A stretch of DNA of 29,652 nt from Gemmatimonadaceae bacterium (GTDB lineage Bacteria; Gemmatimonadota; Gemmatimonadetes; Gemmatimonadales; Gemmatimonadaceae), in assembly GCA_040902005.1 (NCBI GenBank), contig JBBDYA010000066.1:1-29652 (forward strand), written 5' to 3'. The first letter of the stretch is position 1, and every line of letters starts with the position of its first letter. A program made the position numbers and the translations under genes. Positions 12,126-19,746 of the stretch are shown here, piece after piece. Below the pieces are notes generated by a model, which was given only the letters and a program-made list of their open reading frames with translations, was not told the DNA's origin and ran no database searches.

Positions 12126-12218
12126 ATGAACCGCTGAAAATGAACCGCTGAAATCGTTCGAGAAACGTCCTGAGCCATCCACGTCATCCGCGTGTCCAAC
12201 CTCATCCGCGTGTCCAAC
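12126..12218. repeat. Two short tandem duplications immediately upstream of fusA
   Basis: ATGAACCGCTGAAA twice (12126-12139, 12140-12153); TCATCCGCGTGTCCAAC twice (12184-12200, 12202-12218). Confidence 0.9.
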
Positions 12219-12509
12219 AAAAACGCGGGTGGACCAGGCGCCCAGGTGGGCCGGTATCCATCCGCTATCGCCGGGTACAGCCGCTCTGTAGCGCAGCTGG
12301 GGACCCATGGCGCGTCGAAGGTGAAAGTCCCTCGCTGTCGCTCGGGACGAACGCCTTCGGCGTTCAATTGTCCTGCGTTGCTTTTCGGGAGCGTCGCGCC
12401 CGCGTGGAGCGTTTCGCCGGTTACAGCCCTCTCACCATGATCGGGTGAGCCCATAGGTGCCGGCTCGCAGTGCGCCGGGCTTTTTGCGACAACGGAAATC
12501 CGCCGTAGC
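12216..12509 (-). ncRNA. Candidate structured 5' leader/attenuator RNA of the fusA-tuf-S10 transcript (family not recognised)
   Basis: Nested stems: 12248-12261/12453-12466, GGCGCG/CGCGCC, CGCTC/GAGCG, GAACGCC/GGCGTTC, CTCACC/GGTGAG. A 15-nt motif is duplicated. Hairpin 12225-12265 is followed on the minus strand by GUUUUUGUU. Lies between a strong promoter and fusA. Confidence 0.5.
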
Positions 12510-12515
12510 CACTTC

Positions 12516-12543
12516 AATTTATTGGAGTTGTGTCGCGTGTCAA
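12516..12543 (-). promoter_or_regulatory. sigma70-type promoter for fusA-tuf-S10-spc
   Basis: Minus strand TTGACA (12543-12538), 16-bp spacer, TAAATT (12521-12516), in an AT-richer patch. Confidence 0.75.
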
Positions 12544-12556
12544 CGGGCACCAATTC

Positions 12557-12589
12557 CTGGCGTTTGGTCAGGTATTGACCCAACGCCAG
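12557..12589. repeat. Imperfect inverted repeat between divergent transcription units (possible operator or hairpin)
   Basis: CTGGCGTT-T-GGTCA (12557-12570) / TGACC-C-AACGCCAG (12576-12589). Confidence 0.55.
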
Positions 12590-12629
12590 TTCCTCGGCAG
12601 TCTCGCGGTGGGAGCGCTAACTTGGGGAC

Positions 12630-14732
12630 ATGTGTCGGCAGTTGCTCATCGTGCTGTTCCTGGTCACGCCCGCCGCATGCGATTCCGTGGGGCCGAAGGA
12701 CAATGAACAGCCCGCTATCCCCGTCGTCATCGAGCTTCTGATTCCGGAGATGTACGTCAACGGCCAGCCGGACCTTCGGGCGGAGGCCGGAAGCATCATC
12801 CGGGACATCCAGGCCAAGGTGTCCGATGGGTCCGGAAACGCCGTTCCCGGCGCTCGGATCCTCTGGGAGGTAACGGACGGGCACGTGCCGACGCCCGAAG
12901 TCGGCACCGTCGAGGGCATCGGTAGGAGCATCGGGTGGACACAGTGGACCCTGGGCTCGCGCGTCGGCACGCAGGAGATCACGGCGCGCCTCGTCGGCGA
13001 CGCGGAGTCGAAGTTTACCGGCGCCGCATTGCCGCTCCGCATCCTTGCCTCCCCCGCCGCTGCGTCGATCACCGTTCCGGATACAATCCGTTTCACTGCC
13101 CAGAGGCAGTCGCGCACGCTCAATCCGATGGTCCGCGGCGGGGACGGCGCGGAATTGTCCGTCTACCGGCTTCGCTTGGAGTTGGTCGGGCCCGCCCTGG
13201 TCGCAGCCAGGGTGGATTCGGTCAACGCCGCGCGCGATGCTGGTCCGACGGTTGTGTCGAACCAACCCGGCACGGAAGGCGTGACTCGACTTCGCGTATG
13301 GTCGGTCGTCAACCCGGAGGTGGCCGACACCGCCGTCCTTCTCGTCGAGTACGTACCGGCGATGGTAGGCGAGACGGGTGACGGTTGGACCGATCGAACT
13401 TTCGTCCCCGCAGAGGTCAAGGGACTCCGCATCAACGTCCAGGATTCAAGCGGATACGCCATTCCAGGCAGCGGGGGCGTCACCGTCACCTCGTCAGACC
13501 CTTCGGTCCTGGCCGTCAGCGGTGACACCCTGGTAGCGCTCACCGTCGGCACCGCGACGATCACGGCAACATGGCAGGGCACGGATTGGCTCAGTCGGAC
13601 ATATGAGGTGTTCCCGGTCCTCGATCTCGGCGCGCCAAGCAGCGCGATCGTGGCACCGCAAAACTCGCTTTGTCCGGGACTCATGGGTCTTCGCGCGGCG
13701 GATGGGGTGGCGGTCGCGTGGCGCGGTGACTGCTTCGGCGGGGGATCCAGCATCGGCGCGTGGATCGCCTCGCGATGGGGCGAGTTCGCCTGGTCGTCGG
13801 CCTGGGACTTCGCGACGTACGGCGCCTTCAACGACGCAGTCGTCGGACCCGACAACACGACCTACGTGGCCGCCGGCTCCGCGAGCTCCACCACTGTGGT
13901 CGCGACGGCGGCCGACGGCGCCGAGCGCTGGCGGACCAGCTTTTCCGCCGTGGCGACGAGCGGGCCGATCCGCCTCGCACTCTCGCCGAGCGGGACGCTG
14001 TTCATCTCCTATCCACAGGCCGTCGTCGCCGTCAGGAACGGGGTCGTCCAGTGGAACGTGGCGACCACAGGCGCAGTCGGTGTTGTCGCGGTTGGTGATT
14101 CGCTCTACACGTTGCACACTGATCGCGTCGAGCTTCGTCGGGCGGATGGCGTGGTGGCATGGACGCGAGCATTGCCGGCGGCCGCCGTACGCTCCGCGGT
14201 AAGAGCGGATGGCTCGCTCTACGTGGTGCTCGCATCCGGCTCGTTGGCTGCGTTATCGGCTGACGGTATCATCGAATGGACGTCGCCCGTGCCGAGCACG
14301 ACGTCGGTGCCGAGCAATGCCATGATCGTGATCGACGCGCAAGGCGACGCCCTCGCGGTGTCCAATGGGACTGATGCGCTGTGGACCAGCACGGTGACCT
14401 CGTTCGCACCCGATGGCACTGTTCGGTGGCGCAGGGATGTTCGCACGCACTACCACACGCCAATCGTCGCGACCAATGGGCACCTGTACCTCACTGGTTC
14501 GTTCGGAAACGTTTTCGCGCTCGACGCGGCGACGGGAGTCTCGGTCGGGCGCACGCGTGCGCCCGAATCGAGCTCCTCGTTCCCTGGCCGCAGCACGCTG
14601 CTCCTGCCTGGAATACTGGCGACCTTGGACGGGTACAACCTCGAGCGGTACACGGTGCCATTCGGTCCGGTCAGCGGTTGGTCACAGCAGAGCGGCACGG
14701 CGGGACGCACGAACGCGCGCTTCGTTCCCTGA
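12630..14732 (+). CDS. Putative lipoprotein with Ig-like (Big-type) domains and a C-terminal PQQ/BamB-like beta-propeller
   Basis: Signal with lipobox-like PAAC; Ig-like motifs (WTLGSRVGTQEITA, SSDPSVLAV..GTATITATW); repeated propeller W-motifs (DGAERWR, GVVQWN, DGVVAWT, DGIIEWT, DGTVRWR, ALDAATG); C-terminal WSQQSG..GRT. Confidence 0.8.
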   Translation: MCRQLLIVLFLVTPAACDSVGPKDNEQPAIPVVIELLIPEMYVNGQPDLRAEAGSIIRDIQAKVSDGSGNAVPGARILWEVTDGHVPTPEVGTVEGIGRSIGWTQWTLGSRVGTQEITARLVGDAESKFTGAALPLRILASPAAASITVPDTIRFTAQRQSRTLNPMVRGGDGAELSVYRLRLELVGPALVAARVDSVNAARDAGPTVVSNQPGTEGVTRLRVWSVVNPEVADTAVLLVEYVPAMVGETGDGWTDRTFVPAEVKGLRINVQDSSGYAIPGSGGVTVTSSDPSVLAVSGDTLVALTVGTATITATWQGTDWLSRTYEVFPVLDLGAPSSAIVAPQNSLCPGLMGLRAADGVAVAWRGDCFGGGSSIGAWIASRWGEFAWSSAWDFATYGAFNDAVVGPDNTTYVAAGSASSTTVVATAADGAERWRTSFSAVATSGPIRLALSPSGTLFISYPQAVVAVRNGVVQWNVATTGAVGVVAVGDSLYTLHTDRVELRRADGVVAWTRALPAAAVRSAVRADGSLYVVLASGSLAALSADGIIEWTSPVPSTTSVPSNAMIVIDAQGDALAVSNGTDALWTSTVTSFAPDGTVRWRRDVRTHYHTPIVATNGHLYLTGSFGNVFALDAATGVSVGRTRAPESSSSFPGRSTLLLPGILATLDGYNLERYTVPFGPVSGWSQQSGTAGRTNARFVP

Positions 14733-14751
14733 GCGACGAAGCGAAATGACA

Positions 14752-14775
14752 AGCCCCACCGGACGAGGTGGGGCT
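14752..14775. terminator. Hairpin between convergent genes, likely terminator of rpsL-rpsG
   Basis: AGCCCCACC-GGACGA-GGTGGGGCT perfect 9-bp stem; weak U-tract on the minus strand (TGTCATTT). Confidence 0.65.
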
Positions 14776-14800
14776 GGCCAGCTCAGAAGGAGATGCTCGC

Positions 14801-15271
14801 CTACCAGCGGTAGTGCGCGAACGCCTTGTTCGCGTCCGCCATGCGGTGCGTGTCTTCCTTCTTCTTCACCGCGTTCCCCTCGCCCTTGCTGGCCGCGATG
14901 ACTTCGGACGCGAGCTTCTCGGCCATGGACTTCTCACCACGGTCCCGGGAATACGAAATGAGCCAGCGCATCGCGAGCGCGGTACGCCGCTCGGGACGCA
15001 CCTCCACCGGCACCTGGTACGTGGCGCCGCCCACGCGGCGACTCTTGACTTCGACCACGGGCTTCAGGTTGGCCAGCGCCTGCTTGAAGATGTTCACGCC
15101 CGGCTGGCTCGTCTTCGATTCGACGATATCCATCGCCTGATAAAAGAGGCGCTCCGCCGTGGACTTCTTGCCCTGGTACATCAGGACATTGATGAACTTC
15201 GAGACCGTCTGGCTGTCGTAGCGCGCGTCGGCGAGCACCGGGCGTTTGATCGCATTCTTGCGGCGGCTCAC
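14801..15271 (-). CDS. rpsG: 30S ribosomal protein S7
   Basis: [40 protein letters not shown] start at 15271 overlapping the rpsL stop (GTGA). Confidence 0.99.
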   Translation of the reverse strand: MSRRKNAIKRPVLADARYDSQTVSKFINVLMYQGKKSTAERLFYQAMDIVESKTSQPGVNIFKQALANLKPVVEVKSRRVGGATYQVPVEVRPERRTALAMRWLISYSRDRGEKSMAEKLASEVIAASKGEGNAVKKKEDTHRMADANKAFAHYRW

Positions 15272-15657
15272 TTGGCTCCCCCCCCTGCCTTCGGCTTCTT
15301 GGTGCCGTACTTCGAACGGCTCTTGTTGCGCCCCTGCACGCCCGAGGCGTCCAGTGTGCCCCGGATGATGTGGTACCGCACGCCCGGCAGATCCTTCACA
15401 CGGCCACCGCGCACGAGCACGATCGAGTGCTCCTGGAGGTTGTGTCCCTCGCCCGGGATGTATGCGATCACCTCGAACCCGTTCACCAGGCGCACCTTGG
15501 CCACCTTGCGCAGCGCGGAGTTCGGCTTCTTGGGCGTCGTGGTGTACACGCGCGTGCAGACGCCGCGCTTGAACGGATTGGACTTCAGCGCCGGCGACTT
15601 TTCCTTCTTGCCAACATCGCGACGGCTGCGGCGAACGAGCTGATTGATAGTGGGCAT
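15268..15657 (-). CDS. rpsL: 30S ribosomal protein S12
   Basis: [43 protein letters not shown]. Confidence 0.99.
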   Translation of the reverse strand: MPTINQLVRRSRRDVGKKEKSPALKSNPFKRGVCTRVYTTTPKKPNSALRKVAKVRLVNGFEVIAYIPGEGHNLQEHSIVLVRGGRVKDLPGVRYHIIRGTLDASGVQGRNKSRSKYGTKKPKAGGGAK

Positions 15658-15712
15658 TCAGGCAATTCAACAGATGACGTCCGCCCTTGTGGCAAGAGCG
15701 GTAGAGCCTTGG

Positions 15713-15741
15713 AAAGTATTGAATCACAAGGCGATGGTCAA
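15713..15741 (-). promoter_or_regulatory. sigma70-type promoter for rpsL-rpsG
   Basis: Minus strand TTGACC (15741-15736), 17-bp spacer, TACTTT (15718-15713), about 55 bp upstream of rpsL. Confidence 0.65.
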
Positions 15742-15744
15742 CTG

Positions 15745-17175
15745 TCAGCTCATCAGGGCGTGGCTCGGGAGCGCGTCCCGGCGCCGCACCGAATCCTCGA
15801 ATGGGCCCAGGAGATGCGCGATCGAATTCGCGTAAAAGCTCACCAGCGCCCGACCGCGGGGAAGCACCGCGTACCCCTCACCCGATTCCGCCAGGATGCG
15901 GCGCATGCGGAGCATCCGCCAGGCACGATCGAACGTGTCCGCGATGTCGCCGTCCGACCTGAGCACGCGCGCATTCAACTCCACCAGAGCACCGCGAAGG
16001 TCCTCCATCCGCCCAAGAAGCCGCACCCGCGTGATGAAATCGCCGTCCAGGCTCTGGATCGCGGCGCAGGCGAGTGCCACGGATGTGACCGGCACGAGCT
16101 GGCCGATGCGATTCATGATGTCGTCCGAGAAGGCCTGGACTCTGGCAAGTCGCTCGGGTCGAGGCAGCGCGAAGAGGTCCGGTTCGCTCTCGAACCAGGG
16201 GCCCAACGGCACCGGCCTGCCGATCAGGACGGCGGCCCGCCCGTACCGCTGCCATCGCCGGGACACGAGCCGTCCCGCATTCGATAGAAGGAATCGCGAC
16301 ACGTCCCCCAGCTGGCTCAAACGCGACGGGCGGCCGGCTCCTCCCGCCCTGGCGTGCTCGAGCAGCAGACTTCGGTCCTCCAGCACACGGTCGTAGTTCA
16401 GCGCGACCGGAATCACGTACAGCCGCTCCCGGTACACGGGTTCCCGGCCGATCCCCAGCACGTAGTCCAGCAGCCCGATCTTCGGAGCCCGCAGCCTGCC
16501 GTCGCGGGTAAGCCCCCCTTCGAGAAAGATTCCCTGCGTCACGCCACGTTTGGTGATCAACTGGACGTATCGCTCGAGCACCGTGTGGTAAAGGTGTTCG
16601 CGATACCTGCGCCGCACGAAATACGCGCCGAACGCCTTGAACACGTGCTCCAGCGGAAAGGCCCTGGCCCACTCGCCAACGGCGTAGGAGATCGCCACCT
16701 GGCCGGCAAGGGCGTATCCCACCAGCACGTAGTCGGCGTTCGATCGGTGATTCATGAGATACACGAGCACCGCGTCCCTCGGCAGCCCCTGCACCGCGGC
16801 GCGCTCCTCGAACTCCACGCTCACCTTGTAGAAGAGATTCAACAGGGCGCGCGACACGCGATATCCGATCTGGAAGTACGCGATCACGTTGAAGAAGGGC
16901 ACGATCTCGCTCACGTATCCGTGCGCGCGGCGCAAGGCGTCCGCCGGAGTCACGCCGGTGTCCCGCGCGTGCTGCCGGGCGGCATCGATGATTGCCGGAT
17001 CCGCCATCAGTGTGGCACGGACGCTGGCGCGATTCGCCAGCTTGAACCGGTCGACGCGCGTGCGGTGCCGCAACAGCGTCCGTTTGCCCACGCGCCTGGC
17101 GTAGCGCCGTGTGAGCACGATCGATCCCAGCACCACCGCGGCGCCCAGCATGACCCACAGCAACGTCTGCCCCAT
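15745..17175 (-). CDS. Membrane-anchored lysophospholipid/glycerol-3-phosphate acyltransferase (PlsB/PlsC-like, LPLAT superfamily)
   Basis: N-terminal hydrophobic helix; HX4D catalytic motif [40 protein letters not shown]. Start at ATG 17175 or GTG 17184. Confidence 0.85.
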   Translation of the reverse strand: MGQTLLWVMLGAAVVLGSIVLTRRYARRVGKRTLLRHRTRVDRFKLANRASVRATLMADPAIIDAARQHARDTGVTPADALRRAHGYVSEIVPFFNVIAYFQIGYRVSRALLNLFYKVSVEFEERAAVQGLPRDAVLVYLMNHRSNADYVLVGYALAGQVAISYAVGEWARAFPLEHVFKAFGAYFVRRRYREHLYHTVLERYVQLITKRGVTQGIFLEGGLTRDGRLRAPKIGLLDYVLGIGREPVYRERLYVIPVALNYDRVLEDRSLLLEHARAGGAGRPSRLSQLGDVSRFLLSNAGRLVSRRWQRYGRAAVLIGRPVPLGPWFESEPDLFALPRPERLARVQAFSDDIMNRIGQLVPVTSVALACAAIQSLDGDFITRVRLLGRMEDLRGALVELNARVLRSDGDIADTFDRAWRMLRMRRILAESGEGYAVLPRGRALVSFYANSIAHLLGPFEDSVRRRDALPSHALMS

Positions 17176-17312
17176 GTGAAACACTCGGACGAGGAAGAAA
17201 ACGCGTCAAGCTGGTGAACTCCGTCACTGGCAATCGAGGGGGTTCGGCGCCATTTTCGGGTCCATACTCGGCGCCCAAGCCGTACTCGCCCTGCCAGCCG
17301 TAACGCCTGCTC

Positions 17313-19547
17313 ATGCCTCGCATAGTACTGAAGGACCTCGAGACCGATCGGACGATCACGGTGCCGGACGCAGAGGCCACGCTGGGTCGCGATCCGGCGT
17401 GCTCGCTCGTCGCCGACGGTCCCACCAGCAAGGTGGTATCGGGTCATCACGCCCGGATCTTCTACCAGGATGCGGAGTGGTGGGTCGAGGATACGAGCCG
17501 GAACGGCACCGTCCTCGGTGAGGAGCGGCTACGCAAGGGTGTGCGCCACGCGATCAGCGTTGGCCAGATTCTCGGGCTTGGGGAGTCGGGCCCCAGATAT
17601 CGCGTGCTCTCCCTGGAAGGACGTCGCGTGGTGGAAACGATGATGGAGCCGGCTGCCGAAGCGGCGCCACCCACGGCTGGGTCCACAGCGCCGATCCGTT
17701 CAGGTGCGCCGCGCGTCGGTGCGCCGCCCCCCCCCGCGCTCGCCGAGCCACTGGTCGCGACCACCGCCATGCGCCGGAGTGAAGCGTTGCGTGCGGGCGT
17801 CAACGCGCCGGCGTCGGAGGGGCCGACCGAGCCGATGGGGCCCGCTCCCGACTGGGTGGCACACGTCGTACTGCGCGAGACACACACGAATCAGCGATGG
17901 GATGTGCGGGGCGATGTCGTGAAGATCGGCCGGGCGCCGGAGTGCACCGTCCAGATTCCTCCCGAGCAGGGCGCTTCGGTGTCGCGCGTCCATTCGGAGA
18001 TTGCGATCGCCGACGGCGGCGTGATCATCCGCGATGCGGGCAGCCGCAACGGCACGTTCGTCAACGGCAAGCGGCTCTCGTCGACACAGGAAGCAAGGAA
18101 GTCTGACCTGATCATGCTGGGCTCCGGTGGGCCGACGTTCTCCATCGAAGCCCTGCGCATCGTCAAGAGCAAGCCGGCGCCGGCGGCGGCGCTGGCGCCG
18201 GCGCGGGCGGCGCCTCACGCTTCCGCTGGAGTGGCCGGCGCGGCGGTGGGTGCCGCGGAAGCGAGCACGCCAAAGCAGCCGGGCGTCATCGCGAGGGCGA
18301 TCGGACCCGCGACAAACCTTGCTCGCCGGAGCTTCGCGGGCGCGGGCCGCACGGCGTTCTTCAAGGACGTGCTGGAGGACATGTCGCAGCAGAGCGCGCG
18401 GCGCATTCGCACGATCGTGTGGGTCAGCGTCGTCATGACCGTCGTCGTGGCCGCGGGCCTCCTCTGGGTCACGCAGCAGCGCGTCAGCGCAAGCGAGCAG
18501 CGATTCGCGCAAGAACGCGCGGCGTACGAGGCGCGCGCGGACTCCATCCGGATCGCGGCCGCCACCGAAGCAGAGCTGCTGCGGGCGGAATTCGATTCCG
18601 CGCGCGCGTCCAGCGCTCCGCGCGCGATCGTGGACTCCCTGCGTGAAGCATTGGCCGATGCCTCCCGACGGACCGGAGTGCTGGAGGTCGCGCTCACGCG
18701 CGCGCGACAGTCGCTGGATGCGCAGCTCGCATCGGGCGACTCCTTGCGGAGACGCGCCGAGGAGGAAATGGTCCGGTTGCGCACCGAGGTTGGCAGGGCG
18801 CAGGTCGGCGGCCTTGCATCGCGCGAGGTCCTCGACTCCCTGCGACGCGTGTTGCGTGGCGCCGAAGAGCGCACGGCCGAAATCACCAATCAGCTTCGCA
18901 CGGTGCGTAACTCGAACGCCGACCTGGCGCAGGTGGCGAAACTCAATCAGAACGCCGTTGGCCTGGTCACGATGTTCTCGGATACCGGCGGCTCGGAAGG
19001 GACGGGCTTTGCGATCACCCCCTCGGGGTACTTCGTGACCAACCGCCACGTCGTGGTGAACGACGGTGGCAAGGTCGCAGACTCCGTCTTTGTGACAATG
19101 GCCGACCACCGCTACGGCAACTGGCTTCGCGCCGACGTCGTGCGGATCGGGGCTGGAGACGTTGATATCGCCGTGCTGAAGCTGCGGAACTATCGCGGCC
19201 CGTACGTGCAGCGTGTGGACTGGCAGTCAGCGAGTGCCAGGCAAGGCGAGCCGGCAGCGCTGATTGGATTCCCCCGTGGCACTATGGTGGCGCTTGACGG
19301 TGCTGATACTGTGCGTACTTCGATGAGCGCAGGCATCTTCAGCAAGATCCTACCGGGCAGGATCCAGTTCGACGGCTTCTCGCAGGGCGGGTCCAGTGGA
19401 AGCCCCGTTTTCACCGCCAGTGGCGAGGTGGTGGCTGTCCATTTCGCTGGGCTGCGAGGAACCGTCGGCCTGGGGTTCGCGGTGCCCGTTTCGCGCGTGG
19501 TGTCGCTGCTGCCCTCCGAGGCCCGGAGCGAGCTCGGAATTCGGTAG
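17313..19547 (+). CDS. 2xFHA-domain, single-pass membrane, coiled-coil, trypsin-like (S1) serine protease
   Basis: FHA motifs LGRD..VSGHH..SRNGT and IGRA..VSRVH..SRNGTFVNG; TM IVWVSVVMTVVVAAGLLWV; helical A/E/R-rich segment; triad TNRHVV / DIAVL / GGSSGSP. Confidence 0.92.
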   Translation: MPRIVLKDLETDRTITVPDAEATLGRDPACSLVADGPTSKVVSGHHARIFYQDAEWWVEDTSRNGTVLGEERLRKGVRHAISVGQILGLGESGPRYRVLSLEGRRVVETMMEPAAEAAPPTAGSTAPIRSGAPRVGAPPPPALAEPLVATTAMRRSEALRAGVNAPASEGPTEPMGPAPDWVAHVVLRETHTNQRWDVRGDVVKIGRAPECTVQIPPEQGASVSRVHSEIAIADGGVIIRDAGSRNGTFVNGKRLSSTQEARKSDLIMLGSGGPTFSIEALRIVKSKPAPAAALAPARAAPHASAGVAGAAVGAAEASTPKQPGVIARAIGPATNLARRSFAGAGRTAFFKDVLEDMSQQSARRIRTIVWVSVVMTVVVAAGLLWVTQQRVSASEQRFAQERAAYEARADSIRIAAATEAELLRAEFDSARASSAPRAIVDSLREALADASRRTGVLEVALTRARQSLDAQLASGDSLRRRAEEEMVRLRTEVGRAQVGGLASREVLDSLRRVLRGAEERTAEITNQLRTVRNSNADLAQVAKLNQNAVGLVTMFSDTGGSEGTGFAITPSGYFVTNRHVVVNDGGKVADSVFVTMADHRYGNWLRADVVRIGAGDVDIAVLKLRNYRGPYVQRVDWQSASARQGEPAALIGFPRGTMVALDGADTVRTSMSAGIFSKILPGRIQFDGFSQGGSSGSPVFTASGEVVAVHFAGLRGTVGLGFAVPVSRVVSLLPSEARSELGIR

Positions 19548-19746
19548 CCGCCGGCGCTGGACAGGGACCTCCGGGCCTCGGGATGCGGCGAAACGCCCCT
19601 CAACGCGGCCCGACGCATTTATAGTATTGCGGCTCAATGGTCCGGGGGAAATATTAGTCGCACCCCAGGACACGGCGCCGAGCCCTTTCGGCCCCGATCC
19701 GCGCGATGGCCGTTCGTCGCGAGTGATGCCCATTAATCAGGACTCC

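Noticed and set aside
12216..12509. Assignment of the leader to T-box, c-di-AMP, FMN, tmRNA, 6S, RNase P or a group II intron
   Set aside because: Only short fragments resemble these (GGAUGGAUACC, GGGGACCCA, GGTGAAAGTCC, GTGCGCC); the other diagnostic elements were not found by eye.
12122..12583. 153-aa minus-strand ORF upstream of fusA
   Set aside because: Non-ATG start upstream of the predicted promoter, no recognisable motifs, and it runs through tandem duplications and stems. The region is better explained as a non-coding leader, though a leader peptide is not strictly excluded.
15268..15657. Possible streptomycin-resistance substitutions in S12
   Set aside because: TPKKPNS and RVKDLPG are the wild-type motifs.
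14801..15727. 308-aa ORF suggesting an extended S7 or an rpsL-rpsG fusion/frameshift
   Set aside because: The true S7 start is GTG 15271 overlapping the rpsL stop; the upstream part is an alternative frame of rpsL.
19396..19746. 117-aa N-terminal extension of the large Ig protein in the ORF track
   Set aside because: Overlaps the protease gene; the SD and lipoprotein signal fit ATG 19747.
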